Below are positions 10,685 to 17,575 of a stretch of 64,000 bases of DNA, piece after piece (the stretch's first letter is position 1; each line of letters starts with the position of its first letter). The position numbers and the translations under genes are program-made. Location of the stretch: the IMG/VR virus record IMGVR_UViG_3300028805_003982, one strand, 5' to 3'. Under the pieces are notes generated by a model. That model was not told where the DNA came from, ran no database searches, and saw only the letters and a program-made list of their open reading frames with translations. The stretch is from a virus. Taxonomy: Duplodnaviria > Caudoviricetes.

Positions 10685-11077
10685 ATGATTATTGACGAGT
10701 CTTTGTTAACACTCTTGGCAATCCTTGGTATCGCAATTATTCCCGCAATTATGGGAGTAGTTGGGTTGGTTAATCTATACGATAACCTCTCTATATATAA
10801 TGCCAAAGAAAATGTTGCTACTGTTTTGTGGGGGCTACTGATTGTCTGCGGGTTCTTTTTATGTGTTTTGTCATTCGCAAATTTCCATTGCGAAGAATTC
10901 CGTACAGATAAATATGATCTCGGTCGTATGGCTGTTGATTTTAAGATATCTCCGGAACCGACAAACGGAAGAGAACATATTACACATATGACCTTTTACA
11001 ATTTAGAATCTTGGTCATACTACGTCAAAGAGTACGATCCGGCTATGTCGGAATACCTTTTGGAGAACGAATCATGA
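10685..11077 (+). CDS. membrane protein
   Basis: GGAGG RBS; two hydrophobic helices. Confidence 0.65.
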   Translation: MIIDESLLTLLAILGIAIIPAIMGVVGLVNLYDNLSIYNAKENVATVLWGLLIVCGFFLCVLSFANFHCEEFRTDKYDLGRMAVDFKISPEPTNGREHITHMTFYNLESWSYYVKEYDPAMSEYLLENES

Positions 11078-11220
11078 AGGTTTTCCGCAAGACACGGGTA
11101 GTAGAGAAAACTGAGTTGATCCGAAAGATGGAAAGCAATCCATAAAATATTTTTCCTAAAACGACGGTTTTGGGGCCGCGTTTTCAAAATACCGATGTTA
11201 TACTAATGGTATACCAACGT

Positions 11221-11400
11221 CAACGACATTAAGTTAAGGGGTTGAGTAGCTCGACGAGGCGTAAGAGTTGCGGATAAGATGCTCCTAATAATAGCCGGAA
11301 TTGCTGTTTGAACCAGCCTTTGTAAGTTGCATCACTGATAAGCTCCGGCATCGCTGCAAGGTTCGAATCCTTGTCTTGACCCTTTAGCTTAATGACATTG
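11221..11400. mobile_element. 180-bp MITE with the same TIRs as 7907-9009, containing a tRNA-like RNA
   Basis: CAACGACATTAAGTTAAG / TTTAGCTTAATGACATTG ends; flanks ATACCAACGT vs ATACCCACAT (8/10 identical). Confidence 0.7.
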
Positions 11401-11428
11401 ATACCCACATAAAACAGGAGACAATCAG

Positions 11429-12733
11429 GTGAAGAAGAGCCGTTTAAAGAAGGGTTATACGAAAAAGGGTTATGTGTTCAGACTGTACCCTGACGATTCA
11501 CAAAAACATTTCATCAAGCGGTGCTGCAACGCAGCTGCCATTGTGTATAACATAGCTCTTCAAAACGATAAAGAAAAGCGAAAGAAGGCCCGCGAAGAAG
11601 GCGCAAAATACAGGTATAGCGCATTTGATGCGGCTAAAGAGATCAGGGTGCTGAAAGACACTCCTGATGAAAACGGGAACTTCCCTTATGGTTGGTTCAA
11701 CGAATTAGACAGCCGTTTGTTCGGTTTCGCGGCAGCTGATCTTGAATTTGCGTGGGATCGTTATTATGCGAATAAAAAAGAGCACGGATTTGATCGTAAG
11801 CATCCGAATAAATATAAACCCAAATTTAAAGATATTAAGTCTTGTGAAAAATCATACTCGACCAATAGTCATATTAAAATCATTGACGGTCAGTATATCC
11901 AGCTTCCCAAGATGAGTCCGATACGCATGATCATGCATCGTCCGTTGCCTGAGGGGGCTGCCATTACCAAGGTGACAGTATCCATTACTAAGTCCGGAGA
12001 GTATTATGCGTCGATCTCATTAACGCTGCCTGAACAGATCCTGCCTAATGACGGTGGAATGGTCGGTGTTGATGTGGGTATCAAGGAATACTATTGTGAC
12101 AGTAATGGAAACCAAGTCGATAATCCTAAGTTTTTAGCAAAAGCTGATAAGATAATGCGCCGCAGACAGAGAATGCTTTCCCGTAAAGAAAGGCTGCATA
12201 TTATCGGGTACACCTGTAAAAAGGGTGACTTGTCTGATATGGTGCCGAAGCAGGATAAGAAACATAAGTATCCGGTATATGATAGGCCTCTTGAAGAATG
12301 CAGGAACTATCAGAAGGATAAGCAGAAGGTTGCGAAGACACATGCAAAAGTGACCAGACAGCGTGCTTATTTCCAGGATATCGAAAGCCTTAAACTTGCA
12401 AAGGAAAACCAGTTGGTCTGTATGGAACATTTAAGAATACAGAATATGCAGAAGAATCATAAGCTGGCAGGAGCTATCTCAGACGCGGCATGGTACCAGT
12501 TTAAATCCAAGGTGGAATATAAGGTTAAAGAGCATGGCGGAGTACTTGTGTCGATCCCTACTTTTTATCCTTCTTCTCAAACCTGTTCTGAGTGCGGGTA
12601 CCGTAATCCGCTGGTTAAGAACCTGAGTGTTCGTAAATGGACATGTCCTACGTGCGGTACAAAGCACGATCGCGACATAAACGCCGGGAAGAATATCCTG
12701 GCAAAGGGTTTGGAAATGCTTGAGGGCGCGTAA
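11429..12733 (+). CDS. tnpB: TnpB/Cas12f-like RNA-guided nuclease, CRISPR-associated
   Basis: FRLYP start, RuvC-I GVDVG, RuvC-II CMEHL, Zn finger CSECG/CPTCG, RuvC-III HDRDINA; D-E-D triad intact; AGGAG RBS before GTG. Confidence 0.92.
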   Translation: MKKSRLKKGYTKKGYVFRLYPDDSQKHFIKRCCNAAAIVYNIALQNDKEKRKKAREEGAKYRYSAFDAAKEIRVLKDTPDENGNFPYGWFNELDSRLFGFAAADLEFAWDRYYANKKEHGFDRKHPNKYKPKFKDIKSCEKSYSTNSHIKIIDGQYIQLPKMSPIRMIMHRPLPEGAAITKVTVSITKSGEYYASISLTLPEQILPNDGGMVGVDVGIKEYYCDSNGNQVDNPKFLAKADKIMRRRQRMLSRKERLHIIGYTCKKGDLSDMVPKQDKKHKYPVYDRPLEECRNYQKDKQKVAKTHAKVTRQRAYFQDIESLKLAKENQLVCMEHLRIQNMQKNHKLAGAISDAAWYQFKSKVEYKVKEHGGVLVSIPTFYPSSQTCSECGYRNPLVKNLSVRKWTCPTCGTKHDRDINAGKNILAKGLEMLEGA

Positions 12734-12778
12734 CCCGGGCATTTATCACAAACCATTGAAACTTGAAAATCAAATAAC

Positions 12779-12937
12779 AGTGTAGGGAGGTTGGCCCCCG
12801 AACACTATAAAAGAACTCAAACCTTAACGGTTTGAAAAACGCTTGCGGAGACTCTAACATTGTAGCCGTACACCAAGGGCAGTGCCCGTACGGAGCGAGG
12901 TAGTCGATGAAACAAGAATCTATGTGTAAATAATTGA
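12779..12937 (+). ncRNA. omegaRNA/tracrRNA-like scaffold, copy 1
   Basis: Immediately 3' of tnpB; ACGCTTGCGGAG...TCGATGAAACAAGAATC resembles TnpB omegaRNA; paralogous to 13086-13226 with compensatory changes. Confidence 0.75.
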
Positions 12938-12938
12938 C

Positions 12939-13039
12939 GGTTCAGACCTATTTGGTTTTGCACAGTTGTCAAACAAACGCGAGGTAAATCTTAAGTTCTT
13001 TAGGGTTCAGACCTGTTTGGTTTTGTAAAGTTGTCGAAC
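12939..13039 (+). CRISPR. mini array A: 2 repeats (GGTTCAGACCTRTTTGGTTTTGYAMAGTTGTCRAAC), 1 spacer of 29 nt
   Basis: Repeats at 12939-12974 and 13004-13039; first repeat 26/36 identical to array B repeat with the same GTTGTCAAAC end. Confidence 0.7.
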
Positions 13040-13085
13040 AAACCACTGTTAATAAAATACGAAACTTGATAATTGAATAACGATC

Positions 13086-13226
13086 AGAGTAGGGAGGTTG
13101 GCCCCCGAACTCTTTAAAAGAAAACGCCTGCAGAGATTCTAACATTGCAGCTATACATCATGGACTTTGTCTGTATAGAGCGAGGTAGTCGATGAAGCAG
13201 GAATCAAGTGTAAACCAAACCGTTGA
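13086..13226 (+). ncRNA. omegaRNA/tracrRNA-like scaffold, copy 2
   Basis: Second copy; 3' AGTGTAAA is complementary to TTTACACT in the array B repeat. Confidence 0.75.
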
Positions 13227-13227
13227 G

Positions 13228-13461
13228 GTTTGAGAACATCATGTTTTTACACTGTTGTCAAACAGAGTGATTGCGTTCTTGATTTCTTCAGCAGTTTGAG
13301 AACATCATGTTTTTACACTGTTGTCAAACCTCTCCTGAACTTCGCGTGTCTCGGCCTGAGTTTGAGAACATCATGTTTTTACACTGTTGTCAAACCTGTG
13401 CCGCTTACCGCCCAGCCAGCAAGTTGTTTGAGAACATTATGTTTTTACACTGTTATCAAAC
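13228..13461 (+). CRISPR. array B: 4 x 36-nt repeats GTTTGAGAACATCATGTTTTTACACTGTTGTCAAAC, 3 x 30-nt spacers
   Basis: Repeats at 13228, 13294, 13360, 13426 (last has 2 mismatches); unique spacers 13264-13293, 13330-13359, 13396-13425. Confidence 0.95.
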
Positions 13462-13533
13462 AAACCGTGTTATAATAATTAAGTAGGTAACCAACAAGGA
13501 TACCTACAAAAGAACCTTGATAATTATCATATA

Positions 13534-13707
13534 TCCTCCGCGCTAGTGCATTGTTTATGCTTAAACTCAGTTTGTTAGACTGTATTATCCCCTTTCAATT
13601 CTATTGCAAAGCGTTTATTACTAATATCATAGTGGTTTACATTGTTTTGTATTTAATTGATCTATCTTGCGTAAACAAGCCCGGTGCGATTCCGGGGCGG
13701 AGGACCA
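13534..13707 (+). ncRNA. tRNA-like RNA with tmRNA-type topology
   Basis: CCTCCGC/GCGGAGG acceptor plus ACCA, T-arm CCCGG-TGCGATT-CCGGG, TTGTTTATGC/GCGTAAACAA helix enclosing about 110 AT-rich nt. Confidence 0.55.
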
Positions 13708-13894
13708 TTGGGGTTACAGCTCTTGCCATAAGTTGTAAGTCTCCAGTTTTATGTTGTTGTTGTGTAATTCTTTAGTTTCTTTTTACGATCCTCTTGCCAT
13801 GGGATTGTGCCTTCTAAATAATAGGGAATACCGCCTAAAGGATTATTACGTAACCAATCGTACCCTTTGCGCCGGGGATAGAGGCGTTTTGATA

Positions 13895-13969
13895 CGCAGG
13901 GATGTGCAGCGGATGCATAACGGGCCCATAACCCGAAGGCGGCAGGTTCGACTCCTGCTCCTGCAACCA
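13895..13969 (+). tRNA. tRNA-iMet(CAT)
   Basis: C1:A72 mismatch, GGG/CCC anticodon stem, CCA. Confidence 0.8.
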
Positions 13970-13976
13970 GATGCAT

Positions 13977-14052
13977 GGGTCAGAAGGCACAATGGGGTGC
14001 CGCGTGCCTTGCAAGCATGAAATGGCGGGTTCGATTCCCGTGTGATCCACCA
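13977..14052 (+). tRNA. tRNA-Ala(TGC)
   Basis: G3:U70, loop CTTGCAA, CCA. Confidence 0.8.
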
Positions 14053-14182
14053 AGGAAGTGAGGATCAAAGTGTGCAACAAACCGTAAGGGTTTATAGGAA
14101 GGTGGCTTGTCCTTATAGACGTGAGATCTTCCGACTTAGCAGTTCTGATGCCGTTCGCGGCGGTGCACACGCTGCCAAATCC

Positions 14183-14258
14183 ACCCGTATAGCTCAGCCG
14201 GGAGAGCGCCTGCCTTACAAGCAGGATGTCGGGGGTTCGAACCCCTCTGCGGGTACCA
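14183..14258 (+). tRNA. tRNA-Val(TAC)
   Basis: Cloverleaf, loop CTTACAA, CCA. Confidence 0.9.
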
Positions 14259-14448
14259 GATGCATCATACGGAAGGTTTCGTCACCCGTATGTAAAAACC
14301 TGAGGGTAAGGTCCTAAGTGAAACGAAACCGCTTAGGAATAGCGCAGGACAGTTAGCCCAGGTGTGGCCTATTCTCCGCGGAGATATAAAGCCCGTGCTT
14401 ATAGATTCCGCTGCGCATTTAATAATACAGAAATAAGGAGCATTCATT

Positions 14449-14757
14449 ATGTATTGCAAGCAATTCCAAGATATCATCGATTGCATAGGCATTGATGAAC
14501 CCTTTTATGTCATAAACGGAATGTATGAAGCACGTCTTATGGAAACCCGTGAAGGTGATATCCGCCTTGACATGTATGTCGTACTTGAGAAGCAACAAAA
14601 TGAAGTCATATCACGCGTAGTCAACCCATCTGATACATGTGATCTTGATATTGAACCTATGAAGAAAACGCAAAGACGGAGTTATTTCAATCAGTGGAAG
14701 CATCCGAATGAAAGACATGGCTTTTCTGAAGATACTTCTTCAAATATTTCTTTATAA
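14449..14757 (+). CDS. hypothetical protein
   Basis: AAGGAG RBS. Confidence 0.65.
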   Translation: MYCKQFQDIIDCIGIDEPFYVINGMYEARLMETREGDIRLDMYVVLEKQQNEVISRVVNPSDTCDLDIEPMKKTQRRSYFNQWKHPNERHGFSEDTSSNISL

Positions 14758-14812
14758 GTCTTATTCAAACGTCTTTAAGTATTTCCAAAACACATGATAG
14801 GAGAAGACTGAA

Positions 14813-15145
14813 ATGAATGAAGTTTTGAGTTATGATCAGTTAACCGACGAAGCGTTAGATCTGGATTCTTTTGATAACTTTCTGGTTAAGGACAAGAAGC
14901 GTATTGCCAGACGCCGGAAGAACATTACAAAGGCTCTCCGTAAGCGTTCGATCACTCGTCAATATGGTGTTTATGACGGCACTGACTGGTACAACAATCT
15001 GCACCAGTACAGCAAGAATAAGATACATTGTTCCTGCCAGATGTGTGCTTTCAATAACAAGAGGGCTCGTCGTAAGGAGTATACCTTGAGTGACCTCAAA
15101 AAGCTCGAATATGTAAGGTCACAGTTGGACGACTGGGCTTGTTAA
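14813..15145 (+). CDS. basic hypothetical protein with HCSCxxC motif
   Basis: AGGAG RBS; SKNKIHCSCQMC. Confidence 0.7.
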   Translation: MNEVLSYDQLTDEALDLDSFDNFLVKDKKRIARRRKNITKALRKRSITRQYGVYDGTDWYNNLHQYSKNKIHCSCQMCAFNNKRARRKEYTLSDLKKLEYVRSQLDDWAC

Positions 15146-15187
15146 CAAATAACGTTTGGAGAATGCCGCTGTCGGAGGGTTTTAAAC

Positions 15188-15685
15188 ATGAAGAACCGTA
15201 ATGTTAATAAGTACAATCGTGGCCTTCTTTCAGTAAGAAGATTAAAGCCGAATGATGATGCTGTTTGTATGCCGAATGCCAAAACAGATCATCTGAAGAT
15301 GTCCAAACGAAGAAGGGCGCAGCTTGAAAGCCAGAGAAGAAGATTCGGTTTTACTGATACCGAGACTTATGATCTGGATTATACGGCAAGTGTCTGGCTC
15401 TACATGCATCTTAAGATGTTCCTTGACGTCGGCGGGAAGATAGTTAATTTCGAATGGGAAGGGAACTGGTCTGATGAATTAAGAAAAGATCTTAAAGAAG
15501 TCGGTGTTGACGTTGAAAAATATCATAACGACAAACTCGTGTTTGAATACATCTGTACTCTGCTTGAGGAGGCGGACCGCATCTTTTGTAAAAGTTCTTC
15601 TCTTGAAGAAGACGACAAAGGACACAAGCTTCAGACCAAGGCTTTTAAGATCTTTGCGGTTATGATGCCGTACGCGTGGTGGTAA
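15188..15685 (+). CDS. hypothetical protein
   Basis: GGAGG RBS, 165 aa. Confidence 0.7.
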   Translation: MKNRNVNKYNRGLLSVRRLKPNDDAVCMPNAKTDHLKMSKRRRAQLESQRRRFGFTDTETYDLDYTASVWLYMHLKMFLDVGGKIVNFEWEGNWSDELRKDLKEVGVDVEKYHNDKLVFEYICTLLEEADRIFCKSSSLEEDDKGHKLQTKAFKIFAVMMPYAWW

Positions 15686-15686
15686 C

Positions 15687-16433
15687 ATGTCAAAATTATT
15701 TCCCAATTTCAGAAAGCCCCAAATTAAGATTCAAATGCCGGCTATTAACAGCCCTGAACTGAAACTGTTATCCAGGTTTGACCTTCATTTCATTTCGATA
15801 ACCGGGCTTAAGATCTTAGCGATCATCTCGATGCTGACAGACCATATCGGAGTAGCTCTTTTCCCGGATGTGCAGCTTTTAAGGATTATAGGCAGGATCG
15901 CGATGCCCTTATTTGCATTCTGCATTGCCGAAGGGTATATCCATACCCGGAACAAGCTGCATTATCTGGCCAGGCTCTGCATCTTTGCAGCCATAAGCGA
16001 GGTGCCTTATGATCTGATGAACTACGGACATATCGAGTTTGAAAACCAAAATATACTGTTTACTTTTGCCATTGCCGTATTAACCTTGGTAACGTTCGAG
16101 GCTCTTCGTAAAGAGAAGAGGGAAAACAGGATCATCTTTACCTTCCTGGTTTCGTTCCTCGCGTTCGGGATTGGGGGAGAATATCATGTGCTGGCAGTAG
16201 GACTTGTCTTTATATTCTACATGCTCCAAGCATATTCAACTGTCTTCAAAACCTTCGCGGGTATCTTTTATTCCTTTTTCTTTTTTGATTCAAGCATATA
16301 CGGATTTTCGCTGCTGGGCTTTGTGCCGATCCTGTTTTATAACGGTAAAAGAGGGAAGGGGCTGAAATGGTTGTTCTACATTTTTTATCCGGCTCACATG
16401 CTGATCTTATACCTTTTAAGTATCTTCTTTTGA
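15687..16433 (+). CDS. traX: TraX family membrane protein
   Basis: LKILAIISMLTDH, GRIAMPLF, EGYIHTRN, YNGKRG, FYIFYPAH. Confidence 0.85.
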   Translation: MSKLFPNFRKPQIKIQMPAINSPELKLLSRFDLHFISITGLKILAIISMLTDHIGVALFPDVQLLRIIGRIAMPLFAFCIAEGYIHTRNKLHYLARLCIFAAISEVPYDLMNYGHIEFENQNILFTFAIAVLTLVTFEALRKEKRENRIIFTFLVSFLAFGIGGEYHVLAVGLVFIFYMLQAYSTVFKTFAGIFYSFFFFDSSIYGFSLLGFVPILFYNGKRGKGLKWLFYIFYPAHMLILYLLSIFF

Positions 16434-16500
16434 AATTTAGGTAACAAATCTAAATTTTTATGTTATAATGCAATTGATGAAATAGAAAAGGAGAAGATGC

Positions 16501-16578
16501 ATGAGACACTTTGTATCGCAGTCAAGTTCATTGCAGCGCTGTCAAACCGGCAGTTCTGTATTGCCGCGGTCACGGTGA
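16501..16578 (+). CDS. putative attenuator leader peptide 1 (MRHFVSQSSSLQRCQTGSSVLPRSR)
   Basis: TGTTATAAT promoter at 16461, AAGGAG RBS at 16488, 25 codons including 7 Ser and 3 Gln. Confidence 0.8.
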   Translation: MRHFVSQSSSLQRCQTGSSVLPRSR

Positions 16579-16618
16579 TCTTCTCCTTGTCTTCATTACT
16601 GCTTTCTTTTAATGAGTG

Positions 16619-16651
16619 AGGGTCGTCATTGTGATGACCCTTTCAGTTTTT
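16619..16651 (+). terminator. intrinsic terminator of attenuator 1
   Basis: AGGGTCGTCA-ttg-TGATGACCCT followed by a T-rich tract, directly before the first tRNA. Confidence 0.8.
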
Positions 16652-16655
16652 ATAC

Positions 16656-16741
16656 GCCGTGTGTCCGGGATGGTGAGGAGGGCGCCTTGAAAGCGTTTGA
16701 CCGGGAACGGTTTGCAGGTTCGAATCCTGTGCACGGCGCCA
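16656..16741 (+). tRNA. tRNA-Ser(TGA)
   Basis: Loop CTTGAAA, long variable arm, GCCA. Confidence 0.9.
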
Positions 16742-16745
16742 AAAC

Positions 16746-16838
16746 GATCATGTAAGCCTAACTGGTAAGGCACCCGCTTGGAAAGCGGGGAGTAACCGGG
16801 CAACCGGCGTGAAGGTTCAAGTCCTTCCGTGATCGCCA
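16746..16838 (+). tRNA. tRNA-Ser(GGA)
   Basis: Loop TTGGAAA, long variable arm, GCCA. Confidence 0.9.
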
Positions 16839-16842
16839 AAAC

Positions 16843-16931
16843 GGCAGATAAATCCGGACGGCTCCGGACCCTGTTTCGAAAACAGGTGGTACTTAACAAA
16901 GTATGAGGATCGTCACCTCTGTCTGTCGCCA
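16843..16931 (+). tRNA. tRNA-Ser(CGA)
   Basis: Loop TTCGAAA, long variable arm, atypical T-loop, GCCA. Confidence 0.8.
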
Positions 16932-16936
16932 AATAT

Positions 16937-17012
16937 GCCTTCATAGCTCAGCAGGCAGAGCGCATCCATGGTAAGGATGAGGTCGCCGGTTCGATCCCGG
17001 CTGGAGGCTCCA
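16937..17012 (+). tRNA. tRNA-Thr(GGT)
   Basis: Loop ATGGTAA, CCA. Confidence 0.9.
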
Positions 17013-17016
17013 ACAC

Positions 17017-17091
17017 AGGCCGGTGGTATAATCGGTAACACGTCGGACTCTGACTCCGAAGTTCAAGGTTCAAGTCCTTGTCGGCCTGCCA
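17017..17091 (+). tRNA. tRNA-Gln(CTG)
   Basis: Loop CTCTGAC, GCCA. Confidence 0.9.
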
Positions 17092-17096
17092 ATCAT

Positions 17097-17171
17097 GCCG
17101 AGTTAGTCTATCGGATAGAATCCCCGGCTACGAACCGGGGGAGACAGGTTCGACTCCTGTACTCGGTGCCA
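17097..17171 (+). tRNA. tRNA-Arg(ACG)
   Basis: Loop CTACGAA, CCA. Confidence 0.9.
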
Positions 17172-17175
17172 ATAC

Positions 17176-17249
17176 TGTCGTGTGGTGAAGCGGTATCACA
17201 TCTGACTTTGACTCAGAGATCGCAGGTTCGACCCCTGCCACGACAACCA
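17176..17249 (+). tRNA. tRNA-Gln(TTG)
   Basis: Loop CTTTGAC, CCA. Confidence 0.9.
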
Positions 17250-17253
17250 ATAT

Positions 17254-17343
17254 GCGGATGTGGTGTAACAGGTATCACAACGGATTGCTAATCCGTCCTA
17301 CCCATTAAGGGTAGTGCACGTTCGAGTCGTGTCGTCCGCGCCA
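17254..17343 (+). tRNA. tRNA-Ser(GCT)
   Basis: Loop TTGCTAA, long variable arm, GCCA. Confidence 0.9.
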
Positions 17344-17430
17344 TACAGGTCAGAGGGTTCGGGAGCGCCGGGCAACACCTCTGTACAAGGTGCTTTGGGA
17401 AGATTGCCCTTATCTCTGGCCTGTTAATGT

Positions 17431-17504
17431 GCATCCGTGGCAGCGGTCTGCCGTGCGGTCTGCAAAACCGCATAAAGTGAGTTCGACTCTCACCGGATGC
17501 TCCA
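17431..17504 (+). tRNA. tRNA-Cys(GCA)
   Basis: Loop CTGCAAA, U73-CCA. Confidence 0.85.
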
Positions 17505-17575
17505 TTTGTTAATAGTGTTCTATATGTGTTTTTTGCGGTCATAATCTACCTAATCGTATGAATAGGAGGCTGGTT

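Noticed and set aside
11221-12937. Ordinary IS200/IS605 or IS607 transposon
   Set aside because: No tnpA, the right-end hairpin is replaced by repeats, and the nearby TIRs belong to a separate MITE.
12975-13425. Self-targeting spacers
   Set aside because: No protospacer match found in the window by eye; a proper search is still needed.
13230-13475. 81-aa ORF with repeated RTSCFYTVVK
   Set aside because: Translation of the CRISPR repeats (66-nt period).
13751-13890. Leader peptide for the first tRNA cluster
   Set aside because: No RBS, no stop before the tRNAs and no codon match pattern.
14274-14336. Hammerhead-like GTTTCGTC...CTGAGG...GAAAC
   Set aside because: CTGANGA core and stem II are not satisfied; CCTAAGTG/CGCTTAGG explains it as a plain hairpin.
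15687-16433. traX as proof of a conjugative element
   Set aside because: TraX-family genes occur widely on their own; no T4SS or relaxase gene is in the window.
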